A DNA stretch of 64,000 nt from Octopus sinensis (taxonomy: Eukaryota). How positions within the stretch are numbered: position 1 is the first letter of the stretch; the number at the start of each line of letters is the position of its first letter. The notes under the pieces are model-generated. The model made no database searches. It was given only the letters and a program-made list of their open reading frames with translations, and was not told the DNA's origin. Both the position numbers and the translations under genes were made by a program. Location of the stretch: contig NW_021833418.1 in the NCBI RefSeq assembly GCF_006345805.1, positions 23,445-87,444 of the forward strand. The letters are read 5' to 3'. Shown here one piece after another: positions 48,385 through 61,322 of this stretch.

Positions 48385-51300
48385 AATAGTTTGTTGTTGT
48401 GGTGTTGTGCATGTCCGTTCCTAATGATATGAGGAAATCGAATCCTAGGGGCCTTCCTGCGAAAAAGGATAAAAATAACATAACAGTGCAGGAGTGTCGT
48501 CTCTGGGGCTGGATAACAGCACAAGGACTAGTATTCATGACAATCCATTGCTGGGAATCCTACTATACCCAACTAACTTGCATTCCCTTTCGGCCATTAT
48601 CGATGATGCTATTTGTGTTTCTGAAGCTGAGTGGGTGCCTCAGATTGTTTATGCCACGAAGCAAAGAATTGGGAGGATACAAGAGGTGGATGGAACCTTA
48701 TCCGTGAGAAGTTTAATTCAAAATTCTCGAAGAGTGCAAGTCTCAGTCAACTCAAAGGAATGGTTAAACCAATGAGAGTGGATAATAATTATGGAAGCAA
48801 TTGCCATCAGAAGCAATTTCTTGAGAGCTCAGAAATTTCCACTTTTAGAAAGTGTCTAGAAGAGTTGAATATACAAATTAAGAATATTGAATCGATTCCA
48901 AGGGATTCACGTAAACCAACTCCAAAAATTCAAAATAAATATTTGAAAACTGATATATTGACAGGATTGAATTCGGCGATATATTATATTACGAAAGATA
49001 ATCATCCTAATGATATCAATAGCATTTCTGATATTCTATATGCTGCTCAATGTGCGTATTTATCTCTAACCATGAGAGACAAAGCACAGAGCACATGGGT
49101 AGAAAATATTGAAAAGAAAATTTCAAAATTATCTGCAGAATTGGAAATTGTTAAGTCCCATTCCAATCAAACACTACCTCCATCTGAAAAGCAAAAGCAA
49201 AAGTAATGGATGTCTCTGTCGCTATGGGTATAAGAAAACTAAGAAAGGTGAGCTGTCGAGGATTCAGATATTATTGCAAGACCTGATTAGGATTAACAAT
49301 AAGAAAATAGAAGTTCATAATTCAAGGAAGCAATTTCGTAAGGATAATCAGTGCTTTGAATTAAATCGAAAAAGATTCTATCGAGATTTAACAAAGAAAG
49401 AGGAAGTGACGCTGTATGGATTTGATGATGAAGAATGTGTCTCTTTTTGGCAAAAAAGTCTGGAGCGAGAGAAATGGAGGCCTCAATCTTATGACGTTGT
49501 TGGAAAACGAACTACTTGTGCTGAACATATGCTTCCAGAGTTTACGGAAGAGTTTTTTGGAAATGTTATTAAGTATCTTCCTGACTGGAAGGCATGTGGA
49601 TGTGATGGGATATATAACTTTTTCATTAAGAAGATGGAGTCATTACATGGATTTCTGTGTCACGAGATAACCCGAATAATTAATGGAGAGTACATGCCTG
49701 AAAGTTGGTTTTACACTGGAATAACATATTTGATTCCTAAAAAAGATGATTGTGAGACCCCGAAGGACTTACGTCCTATAACGTGTATGCCGACATTGTA
49801 TAAACTTGTCACCAAATGTGTTAATGTAAAACTGGCTGATTTTGTCGAGGCATTTGGCCTAATTTCAGACAACCAACTTGGAACGAGGAAGTATTGTCAA
49901 GGCGCCAAGGAGCAAGCTCTCATTAACCAATGTTTGAACAAGGAGTACGGGAATGGCCTTTATTCTGCTTGGGTCGATGTGAAGAAAGCATATGACTCAG
50001 TTGATCATGATTTTTTGTTTCACGTTTTGGATTGTTCTGGAATCCCGCTTTGGATCGTAAACTTTGTGAAGAGCGTAGTTAAGAAGTGGGCAGTAAGCTG
50101 CATATGGAAGGTAGAAGAATTGGATCAGTGAAGTTAAACCGAGGAATTTTACAGGGAGACTCATTGTCTCCTTTACTATTTGTTATGGTATTAGATCCTC
50201 TAAGCAGGATCCTTAATTCCGTGTTTCCAAAACTTGAAATTAACCAGGAAGATCCCAATATGTTAACATATTCTACTAATCATTTCCTATTTATTGACGA
50301 TCTAAAAATATTTGCTCTCAAACAAGACACTTTACTCAAAATGATGGAAGCTGTTAACGGATTTTTTAAAATTGATTGGTTTGAAACCGTATTTTATATA
50401 CATAATGACAGTTTATAAGGTAAAGAAATCTAATTAAGAGGCGGAACCGCAGCCGAGAGGAGGATCGAGGAACAGTTCCCCCTTAGAACTGCGAGAAGAG
50501 ATGCGCTCAAAAAGCCACATCAGTTCACGGGGGTCGTTCCTCGCCCTTCCCAATGACCTTCCGATCTTCGAGAGGAAACGGGAGAGTAGACGGGCAAAGA
50601 CACCGGAAGTTTCACTGACACCGGTCGAAGATGAAACGGTCCATCAGGGAGGGTACTTAGATGCCTTCTTCGTCTCCGCCCTCTTGGCTGCTGAGCCAGC
50701 CTCGACCGCCGACAAGGAAAGACTTGAAGATGGTGGAAGCAATGTTCTTAGAATAGAGTTATGGACTCTATCTTTGAGAATGTTAGAAGAGGATAACTAT
50801 GCTATCGAAAACAAAACTCAACTCTGTGAATCTGTTTCGTGCTATAAATGAATATGCATTGTCACAATATAATTATTATATTGGGCTAATCAATATTGAA
50901 CCTTCTGAATTTGATGATATTGACAGACAAATACGGCAATTGCTTACGTCGCTCAGATTACATCTCAAACCTGCAAATAAAGAGAGACTGTATTTTAAAC
51001 CGGAAGGCTCTTGGAAGAGGGCTTTCATCAGTTGCTTTCAAAAGTGAACTAATGCTCTTTCAGTTCCTTACGAGTCTGGAAAATATGTCAACTATATGCT
51101 TACGGAGGGCGGGGATTCTGCGTGTAATTAAAATGAATAAATGGCATTTGGCTATGATCGCAGGATTTCTATCCTCCAAATATGCAATTATTGATAAGAA
51201 GAGTATTACTATGGAGTCTCTAAAGTCCAGTCAGATACAATATTTACAAAAGAAAATTAGTTCTAAAGCACTACATTCTGTGCTTTTCAAATGTGTGATG

Positions 51301-52255
51301 ATGAACCTAATGTTGATTTACCTGCATCCTCAGAATGGCTATCTAATGGAAATAATGGGCCACGAAGTGAAGCATTGTATTGTCTTCTGCAAGATCGAAA
51401 CTTGTTCTTTTACATCCGCTGACTCATTATGCAATCATTGTAAGAAAAGCAAGAAAACTGTTGACCACATGGCTACTCAGTGTGGTAAAATGCTCAACAG
51501 TGATTATCTCCGGAGACACAACGAAGTTGTGAAGTGTATTCACCTTAACTTGTGCCGAATGTATGGACTCAAAAAAGCAAGACGATTGAAGGGACATTCT
51601 GCAGTCAACACTGTCGACGGGAAAAGTTGAAATCAGGGTTGATTGTACAATTCTCACCGAAACAAAAGTAGAATATAACAAGCCAGATATCTTTGTCCAC
51701 GACAAAGTCAGAAACGAAATAAATCTAATTGAAGTGGGTATTACTTCACAGGATCGCCTCAAGCAAGTGGAGGTTGAAAAGTGTCACAAGTATGACCTAT
51801 TGGCAAGTGAGCTTTCGCTTCTGTATAGCTGTCAAGTAAAAATAATTCCTGTGGTTATGACATGGGATGGAGTTGTCTCGAAATGCTTCAAAATTATATG
51901 AAGAAAAACTATCTATTGAAGCAGGAACGAGGACATACATCCAATCCGTTGTACTGAAAAGAACGCTCGAGAGTATGATGATCGAACACAAGCACGGAAT
52001 GAAGGTATCTGGTGAAGAATACGCTTCTGCTTCCAACCGGTATGTGGAGATGGCATGCAAAAATGAAGACGACCCAATGAATGCTAAAGAAGATGCAATG
52101 GTGAATCAGATGTGGTAGTGGGGAGTAAGAGGCAGCTGGAAGTAGACTCTTCTTCCAAGAGAAGGAGAGTGGATATCAGCGAGCTGGAGTGAGATCTGCT
52201 TAGTTTCTGATTAACTATTAATTATTATTGGTTTAAAAACGGATATAGTTTTTTT
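48385..52255 (+). mobile_element. Full-length RLE-class (R4/Dong-like) non-LTR retrotransposon, disrupted
   Basis: Same motifs as 19204-22741 (LRPITCMPTLYK, GILQGDSLSP, FIDDLK, CNHCKK..DHMATQC, RHNEVVK, KPD). 12-bp flanking duplication TACACTACTAAT at 48373-48384 and 52256-52267. Confidence 0.9.
50440..50755 (-). mobile_element. CRE-like 3' fragment inserted into the RLE element
   Basis: AVEAGSAAKRAETKKASKY...ETSGVF...AVLRGNCSSIL on the opposite strand, splitting the RT region. Confidence 0.65.
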
Positions 52256-52350
52256 TACACTACTAATCGATTAAACTTTTCAAAACAGTCATCTCCAAAA
52301 ACGATGGCCAGACATTTTGTATGACCACGCACCTGTCCATCAAGTACATA

Positions 52351-55300
52351 CAGTATGGTCCAAAAATAGACACCTTGTTTTTTTGTCGAAAAAGTCTTAT
52401 ATCTGCTAAAATAATACATTTATTAATATTTTTGGTGAAATATCTGTTTTAGAGTTTAATGAATTCATTTATAGAAAATCGAAATGAATTTAATTATACC
52501 AATATACAGTGAATCCTCGCAAATTGGCCACCTCGCAAATTGCCAATTTTTAAATTGGCCAATTTTTTCACAATTTACTAAGAAAAAAATTAATTTTCTT
52601 AGTAAATTGGCCAATTCTCAAATTGGCCACAATTTTTGAATTATTATTTTTTTTAATTAGAAAATAAACTATTTTTTAATCACATGTCTTATAAAATTTC
52701 TCGTGGACGTTATACTCGGCTCACTTTTCTTGAAAAAACACAAATTATAAACTACAAGGAAGAAAATGACAGTGTTTCGTGTCAGCTTCTGGCTGACAGA
52801 TTCTCACATTTATTCCACAAGACGATCTCGAGAAAGACGATCAATAATCTACTGCTTAATAAAGACTCTATTTTACGGGATTCGAAAATCTATCAAAATT
52901 CGTATAAAGCTGCTCACAAACCAAAATTTCCTACGCTTGAAGAAAAATTGATCGAATGGATGGATACAATAGAGTCTAAAGGTATTAATTGAAAACCAAT
53001 TTTTAGGTGGTTTTTTGAATGATTCCTTAATATCGTAAGGCTGCGCATTTTGCCGAAGAGCTACAACTTAGTAACTTTAAAAATTCTAATGGATTTCTGG
53101 CAAAATCAAAAAGAGACACGGTTTTAGAATGCTAAAATTACATGGAGAGATGCGAACAGATAAAGTAGTTGACATTAATTCTTTTCGTGAAGAATTTAAA
53201 GAAATTTCTAAATCGTATAAGCCTGATCTAATTTATAATTTGGATGAAACTGCATTATACTACAAGCTTATTCCATCGAAAAGCGTATGCAGAAACAGAT
53301 TCCAAGGATACAAAAATTTAAAGACCGTGTGTCTATTATGCTTTGTTCAACATGACCGGAAGTCATAAATTGAAACCTGTGATGATTGGAAAACCAAAAA
53401 TGCCTAGATGTTTTAAAAATTTTGACTATGGATGTCTTGTCTCATATTATAGCTCACAGAAAGCTTGGATGACTGGATCTATTTTTATTGATTGGATTAT
53501 TAGCTTTGATCTCCAGCTTAAAATTAAAAAGAAGAAAATTTTATTGCTAATAGACCACTGTCCTGCACATTCTATTCCTCAAAACTTGGATTGTATTAAG
53601 ATTTTATTTTTTCCTAAAAATTCTACTGGATTACTACAACCAATGGATATTGGAATTATAAAAACCTTCAAGACTCATTTCATGAGAAGAAAGCTACAGT
53701 ACTTAACTGATTTGCTGGAGACTGAAAATATTTCTGTATACAATTCATACAAAAAATTGACATTAAAAGATGCAATTTTGTTTGTTAATATGGCTTGGGA
53801 TGACGTATCTACTGAAACTATTCAAAATTGTTTTAAGATTTTAAATGAATCTAATCACGAAAATACATTAATTGAACATTATGAGACTGAAATTGAAAGA
53901 ACTGACATTTTCGATCCTCTAATGAGCGAAGATTTTCTAAATATCGAAAACACAGAAGATCAAGATATAAACGAAAATTGTTTACAAGAGGATCAAGAGT
54001 CTGAAATTAGCGACGAAGAGACAAAAATCATATATCCACTCGATAGAAAAGATATTGCAAAGACATTAACTAGAATAGAAAGGCAACTTTACTGTAATGC
54101 AGAAAATGAGAATGATGTTTCGCTGATTACTGCAATAAGAAAATACAAAGAAAATGTAAAAAGAGCAAAATAAAAAGGAATTAGGGATTGAATTTTATTT
54201 TAATAAAATTTAAACGTGTTTATTTTATTTTTAAATATTGATTTTTTTCAAATTGGCCATTTTCTCAAATTGGCCATAAAATCTCTATGTACCCAAAAAT
54301 GGCCAATTTGCGAGGATTCACTGTATTTTAAAAAATTAATGAATTTTTAATGGTCCATAAATAGTACACCCTTCAAAATTCAACATCTGTTGTGCTTAAA
54401 ATTACCTAATAAAGTTTTATTTATATACAAAAATATTTTTATTTTAGTTTATTGTTTTTTTATTTTTTTAAAGTAATTATTTAACTAAATAATTATCTTA
54501 TTGTCAAAATAATTAACATGAACTTTCGTAATGTTGATCTCTCTTCAGATATTTAAAATCGTATTATTTCCATACACGAGGACAACTATGGATACAAAAA
54601 AATTGCCAAAAAACTTGAGATTAGCAAGAACACCGTTGCTAGATTGTACAAAAAATACCGAAAAAACGGAATAAACGGCATTTTAAATCGAGAAAGAGGG
54701 AGACCGAAGAAGTTATCTATCAGATCTATCCGTCTAATCAGACGTTCTGCTGAAAAAATCCAAGAATCTCTTCATCTGCAATTGCAAAACAATTGGAATC
54801 TTATTCTGTTATTAAAATATAAAAAACTACAATAAAAAGGAGACTACATGAATGCAATTTATATGGCTGATACTTCGAAGGAAACCGTTATTGTCAAAAA
54901 GGTACAAAAGAAACCGTTACAATTTGCAAAAAAATATGTAGGCAAAAATATGGATTTTTGGAATAGAATTCTGTGGTCAAATGAGACCAAAATCAATTTG
55001 TTCAGATCAAATGGAATTAAGCATATGTGGCGCAAAAATGGCGGTGCACTAAATCCAAAATGCATAGTATCTACAATGAAACATGGCGGCGGAAATATAA
55101 AGATATGTGGATTTATGAGCTTCCAAGGACCTGGTGAACTTTATACCATAAATGGAATCATGAATGCAGACATGTACATTAATATACTTGAGAAAAAAAT
55201 GATGCCCTTTATCAACGATCATTCAGAAAATCCGAATTTCCAACAAGATACGATCCGAAGCATACTGCAAAGAAGACTAAAAGTTTTTTGACAGAAAAAA

Positions 55301-55735
55301 AAAATTTGCCAGATTTAAATCCAATTGAAAACATGTGGAGCTATTTAAAAAGAAAAATCGAAACATTTGACGTCATAAATAAAAAAAATGATAATAAGAT
55401 AATTATTTAATTAAATAATTACTTTAAAAAAATAAAAGAACATAAACTAAAAATAAAAATATTTTTGTATATTAAATAAAACTTTATTAGGTAATTTTAA
55501 AGCACAACAGATGTTGAATTTGTTAAGGGTGTACTATTTATGAGCCGGCAGTTTTTTACGTTTTGTTAATAAATGTTAAATAAATTGAATTTTGGTCTTA
55601 AAAAATTAAAAATTAACAACTCAGACTTAAAAAAAACTAAATGCAAAAAAAAAAGTTCAGATAATTAATTATTAGTACGGAAAATGGATTTTTTCGTCAG
55701 AAAAACAAGGGGTGTACTATTTTTGGACCATACTG
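52351..55735 (+). mobile_element. Tc1-family transposon with IR/DR-type ends, hosting a nested pogo
   Basis: TA-flanked ends CAGTATGGTCCAAAAATAG.../...CTATTTTTGGACCATACTG; inner ~190-bp inverted repeats with cataaatagtacaccc (about 54350-54510 and 55390-55545). Transposase remnant with GRPKK, WSNETKINL, KHGGG, FQQD, PDLNPIENMW. Confidence 0.9.
52507..54323 (+). mobile_element. pogo/Tigger-like transposon (CENP-B HTH + DDE_1), frameshifted
   Basis: 24-bp TIRs CAGTGAATCCTCGCAAATTGGCCA, TA flanks, subterminal aaattggcca repeats. ORF pieces with LEEKLIEW, IYNLDETALYY, KAWMTG, LLIDHCPAH, LQPMDIGIIKTFK; 25-nt intron at 52982-53006. Confidence 0.95.
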
Positions 55736-56019
55736 TATGTACTTGCAGATTTTTTCCGCAACATCCTGTGGCAATACTCACACCGATCACGTTCAAATTC
55801 AAGTTCCAGAAAAAATAATCTTTACGAATGCTGTATTCAAATCTTTCTCATCAAATTTCCACATTATCACAACAGAAACTAGTAAATATTTTATTTACAC
55901 TTTTAAATTTTTAATAGAATATAATAAAATTTAATATAATAAATTCTAATACAATTCTAATTTTGTTAATTTCAATCAAAATGTTAATTTCCTCTGTCAT
56001 TCAATTGTTGGAAATAAGA

Positions 56020-56290
56020 AGTAATAGATGGGCTTATTCGGTCAAGAATGGACAGGAAAACTCCTGCAAATCTCGCAATGGAACACCACTACGCCCCCAT
56101 CCGGGAACAAACTTCCGAGGAAGACCACGAATCACTCTACCAACCCTCCAGGACCTAACTTTGATTGGAAAAGGGCTGAAATCAGCAGACGATCTTGAGC
56201 ACCTGAGGGAACTATCGAGGAACAGAGGAAAGCGATTAACAAAACGCATCCAGGAGAGGGTGGCACAAGCGAGATAACTTTGTTATTTTG
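56020..56290 (+). mobile_element. RTE-like 3' end fragment
   Basis: FRGRPRITLPT..DL...DLEHLRELSRNR, typical of the RTE C-terminus. Confidence 0.55.
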
Positions 56291-57039
56291 CGGTGTGCTT
56301 ATTAATAATACAATTGCTGGATTTCTATAGATCTGGCCGCTCTACTACGAAAAATCTGTCTCTTAATTTATGGGTATAGAATGAACATCCTTCTTTTGAT
56401 ATACCAAAGGCCTTTGATTGTTTTTCAAAAAAGAAGCCTTGACAGTGGTTTTTGCTTATTTGTTGTCTGTGTTCCCGTCCCAGATCACTTAATTTAGTTC
56501 AAATAGAAGATCTAAAGAGAGAGTCCTACTTCATGTTAGAATTTTATCAAAAAATAAATTCGTTGGGACCATTAAATTTGTCTTGGAATGTGCTGGTTTA
56601 CATTTATTTATCACTAGTCTTTAACTGGCATTTCGATAAATCAATTCCACAATAATTTTTTTCTCTTGTTAATAAAGTTATTTAGTGTTCAACATTAATT
56701 CTCACTCGAGAGAGGCCGCCACCTCGGAAGAATTAAAAACGATCCCCACGTGCTTAATCGACTTTTTAGAGAGAACAGTCTCTCAATTCTCTCTGCGGCT
56801 ACTAGTCGATTGTTTTTTGTTACTTAATAAAATAATATCCCTTCAAAAAAATTAGCGTGTGGTTCACCAATTCAATTGTAATTCAGGCTGACTTAACGCT
56901 TAATGGCACTTTATGCTCACAGGAAAAGAATCATTAAAACAGGAAAAGAACTTTCTGGCGACATTCTCGTCATGGGACGACGGACTTTACTGAACCCCCC
57001 CGGAGGACATCCGCAGCCCGCAAAAGGAGAAATCACTTT

Positions 57040-57620
57040 ACGTCTCTCTAACTAAACATTATTGGGATTAAAGGAAAATCAGAGAAATGCGCTCACGACT
57101 GAAAACTAACGTGACTTGATACAAGAGATTATCTCCTAACGATCCTACGCACTTATACCCCGAGGCTATCAGGGTGGACCGTAAAGCGAAAGAAGACAGT
57201 GGCCTGCCAACGCTAATTAGAAAGAACTTGAAATCTACACACGTTTCCTCAGAAGTGAAAAATCTTATCGAAGCTGATGAGGCTTCTGAGATAATCGGAA
57301 TCTGACTTGGTAGAACGAAGGGGCGATTATTGCTGGTTAATATGTACATTCAACCCCCTGGCTCTAGTCCAAGGATTTATAGCCTCCCAAATTTGTCTAA
57401 ACTGCCATGCGTCGATGGATCATCTTATGGGAACTTTAATGCGAAACACCCCCTTATCGATGTCATCTCAGTTTCTCATACGAGAGGAAAACTTTTACTT
57501 TCTCATTTGGATATCTTAACAATTCTGAACAATCAATTGAATAACACAACGACTCCCCTCAGAGTGACAGATAAGTCTACGTCACCTGATGTAACTCTCT
57601 ACTCTTCATCTCCCTCATCG
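57040..57620 (+). mobile_element. Decayed LINE AP-endonuclease domain
   Basis: LVNMYIQPP, GNFNAKHP, ILNN...T...STSPDVT motifs. Confidence 0.6.
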
Positions 57621-59189
57621 TCTATGGCTGCGTTTCTCAACCTTTTTTTAACGGGGACCCCCAAAGTGCTTTAAAAAAATTTCAGGGACCCCCTAGTGTC
57701 GATTAAATCAAATCTTACTAATAAAAATTCATAATGTAATTAAACTGCCTAATGGGACTTTTGTTCTGGCATTTTAGAAATTAAAATATAAAAGTTCGGC
57801 TTTGTCTCAGATAGGGCAATACGCAAATATCTTCTACTTTAAGACTATATCGATACTTTGACTTAAAATATGCAAGATGTGCATTGCCGTTTCACACAGA
57901 TATGTTGTGTGAAATGAAATTATTTTCTCTAGTGCTATTGAACTGAGTAATGGATATACAGCACTTAGTTCACACCAGAATTCTATTAATGTACTGTGTC
58001 ACCGTCCAGAGAATGGACACTTTCAAAAATGTCATTTATTTAAAATTTTTCCACCTAAAACATACCCTAATTTATTCCAAGTCCCATTTTGAGTGATTTT
58101 GAATGGTTTTTGTGCCTTTTGTGAAAATCAGATAGACGACAAAACGGAGCTCACTGCTGGCCCTGTGAGTACTCTCTACTGTTTGTGCTCTACTTTGTGG
58201 CCGCCTTGCAAAAGCTGAGAAGCTCATATGTGCCGCGTGCTTTCGGAGCGGCAATCCATATGAAACACATAAAGTAATAGGATAAAAGTGAATTTAATTT
58301 TATTATAAACTTTATAAAAGTTTGCGACTTTTGCTTGTTCGGATTCTGGAAAGAATTTAAAATGGTCACGTGCATACACAAATCCTATGCAACGAATATG
58401 CCCATAGTGATTCCTTCCAAGCATAAAAGTATTTGCCGAAGCTTTTCGGACAAGTCGACCACAAAACAGCATCTTCTGGGGTGTCCATCAGCGAATGTAT
58501 GCATTGTGACTCTCTTGTTGAGGAGGTTGTTCGCCTTTAAATACTCTTTGTGGCCAGGTGAAAACATATGTTGAATTTCCGGACTTGAAAAAGTGAATTT
58601 ATCGCGATGACAGCAACTTTTTATAAATTTTCATTAATTCTTCATCAGTATAACCTAGCAATGTAATTAATAAAAATAACCTGTATTGTTTATATTAAAA
58701 TCCATTTAACAAGAACGCCACAACAACAAAGGAAACAAAATTTATTTAAATGTATATTTTAATTAAAAAATAATAAATTAAAAAATAATTTTAACAAATT
58801 AAAAAAATATATAGTTTTTTTATTGAATTTTTATATAATTTGAAAATCGTAAAAAAATTAAAGACAATTTATAGTTCAAAAAACGTTTTTTAGCACGCGG
58901 TTGCGCACGTTGGTTTCTATTAGTGTGTTGCGTTGGCCACCAGAATCACCTAATCTAAGGATTTCCTTCAGATGTATGCATATGTCTGTTGTAACGGAGT
59001 CGGTTCTACTCCCCTTTCCGAACATAACGGCGACGGCTCAGACTTGTGCACATTCCCTGTTGGATCTTCAATGGAAAGGGTTTTCTGGAGACAATGATCT
59101 TCTTAATTAGTTCGGATACTTGTTCTCTCATTTTCTTTTTTTCTCTAAACAATAAATCAAATAAAAAAAATTTATAGTTTATGGAAAAG

Positions 59190-59404
59190 TGTTAGATTAA
59201 TCGATGCGAGGGCCAGCGGCCTGGCGGATCGCCAAACTGTTTCATTAAAATTCAAAAATTTATAGTTTTAATTGATAAAATTTTTTTTTCATTTAATGTG
59301 TTTAAAAAGTGTTAAAAGATTAAACGATGGGAGGGCCAGCGGCCTGACGCATCGCCAAACTGTTTCCCCTGATAACGGCGACCGAGAACCGCTGGAAAAG
59401 CTAG
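59190..59404 (+). mobile_element. Possible Helitron-like 3' end with duplicated subterminal motif
   Basis: Two copies of gatg.gagggccagcggcctg.cg.atcgccaaactgtttc, then a GC-rich hairpin-like cggcgaccgagaaccgctgg and CTAG|T. Confidence 0.4.
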
Positions 59405-59845
59405 TCCACCTCCCGATAAAATTACTTATAAAGTTAAAATAATTAGTTGCAGTATTTTGTTACGTCAACCTAGGCGTCTTAGGGCCACCGTTTAGTGCAC
59501 GGAGGGCAGGTCAGTCTACAACAGGCATCGGGATGTTTCTGTCAACTCGGATTTCCACAAATTCGTTGGTGGTAACAGATTGGACTAATATTAAAAGCCG
59601 ATATTTCAACCAATTCACTGTCTTTTTAATAAAAAATATTTACAACTAAAATAAATAAAATATATTCGAGGCAAAAAGAAAATCTCTTGTTTCTTGAAAG
59701 AGAATTATCTCCAATTTTTCTTTGATCTTGTTTCTCAAAACCATACTGAAATTTCAGACTTTGGCGTCTTTGAAGTTGTAGTCATAACATTACATAGTGA
59801 TTAAAGTGATATTTATGAATATTTTAGCGTGCTAAGTTAATAACA

Positions 59846-60060
59846 ATGTTTTGAGTGGTGGCTTAAAATTTTATAATTTTGTTTTAGAATCCAAAAAGTT
59901 TCACAACAGTGGTAGCCATACCTTTATGTGGGAGGGGTTGTTCTCGGTTCAGATACTAGAGTGACCTATCTTCCAAATACTCCCGACGAATACTGTAATG
60001 AATTGTTGTATTGACAAATCAGATGATGACAATTTGATCAAAATCTCCCAGATAACTAAT
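59846..60060 (+). pseudogene. Pseudogene of the divergent proteasome beta-type gene (5' part)
   Basis: MF*V|NPKSF-TTVVAIP(+1 frameshift)YVGGVVLGSDTRVTYLPNTPDEY|YDDNLIKISQIT with the same two introns as 61323-64000; truncated by a Tc1 insertion at TA 60060-60061. Confidence 0.7.
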
Positions 60061-60061
60061 A

Positions 60062-61010
60062 CACCCCTCGACATTAAAATCCGAACACTTAATTTTTAGC
60101 AAATTTTTAATCATTTTTAATAAAAGAATTTATTTGAGCTTCTTTATTTGTATTATTTTAACTATTTATATATTTAAATATATATTCGAACATATAATTT
60201 TCAAAATTAAAGCAGAAACGTGTTTTCTAGTGACAAAAAATTCCGAACGGTATTTTGTTCAACTCGCAGAATACAATTTTTATTAGACAGAAATGAATAA
60301 TTTCAAAAAAGGACAAATTATATCTTTATATAATCAAAATTTCTCCTATAAAATGATTTCGGACATCGTAAATATACCGAAGACAACTGTTTGGGAGTTT
60401 GTTAAAAAATATCTAAAAACCGGGATTACGTGCAGAAAGGCTGGATCTGGAAGGCCACCCAAGTTCAGTCAAGATGAAATTAGGATTCTTTTATCATTAT
60501 CAACTGATAATTTTTGAACCGCAGCTACCTTGTCTTCAGAAATGGAAAAAATTACACAAAAAAAAGTCTGAGCACGCACAATAACAAGAATTCTAAACTC
60601 AAAAGGTTTGTATGGACGAGTTGTAAAGAAACGACCATTTCTAAGTTCAAAAAATATTGCTCTCAGATATGGAATATCTAAAAAATTTCTTGCAATTTCC
60701 GACAGCGGATGGAGGAAAGTTATTTTCTCCGACGAATGTAGTTTTGAACTTTTTTCCCATTCAAGACGAATGTATCAATACAGAAAAAAAGGGAATAAGT
60801 TGAGATATGCGAAGATAATACCTAGTTTTAAGTTTGGTGGAGGGAAAGTTCTTGTTTGGGGCTGTTTTTCGTATTTCGGAATGGGGAAATTAGTTTTTAT
60901 TGATGGAAAAATGAACTCTGGGGAATATATTAATATTCTGGCAAATAATCTTGAAGATTCATCGAATAAAATGGGATTGAGCGACTATATATTCCAACAA
61001 GATAATTATT
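60062..61010 (+). mobile_element. Tc1 transposon, 3'-truncated
   Basis: TA|CACCCCTCGACATTAAAATCCGAACAC end; HTH (IPKTTVW, GSGRPPK), WRKVIFSDEC, KFGGGKVLVWGCFS, IFQQDN. Confidence 0.8.
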
Positions 61011-61322
61011 AAGATGATGGAACTGAAAAATTTATAAAATCGGATTAAAAAGTTGTTTTAATCCAATAGTACAAAACTGAATTATTGTATTTTGAACTAT
61101 AGTGATCTAAAACAGATGTTTAGCCTAAATTCCAGTCTTTTTGACGAATTTAATTTAAAAAATCCACCTAACTTCATTTTGCGAGAATAAATTTTTCTTT
61201 GATCTTATTTCTTAAAACCATACTACAATTTCATACTCTACCGTCTTTGATGTTGTAGTTATAATTCTACGTCGCGATTAAAGTGATATTTATGAATATA
61301 CCAACGTGTTAGATAGATAAAA

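Noticed and set aside
57626-57700. Complete hAT MITE starting at GCTGCGTTTCTCAACC
   Set aside because: Only one terminus-like sequence is visible; no matching end or TSD found.
58070-59130. Host gene in the short ORFs here
   Set aside because: No recognisable motif, no consistent micro-intron path; probably internal Helitron/TE sequence.
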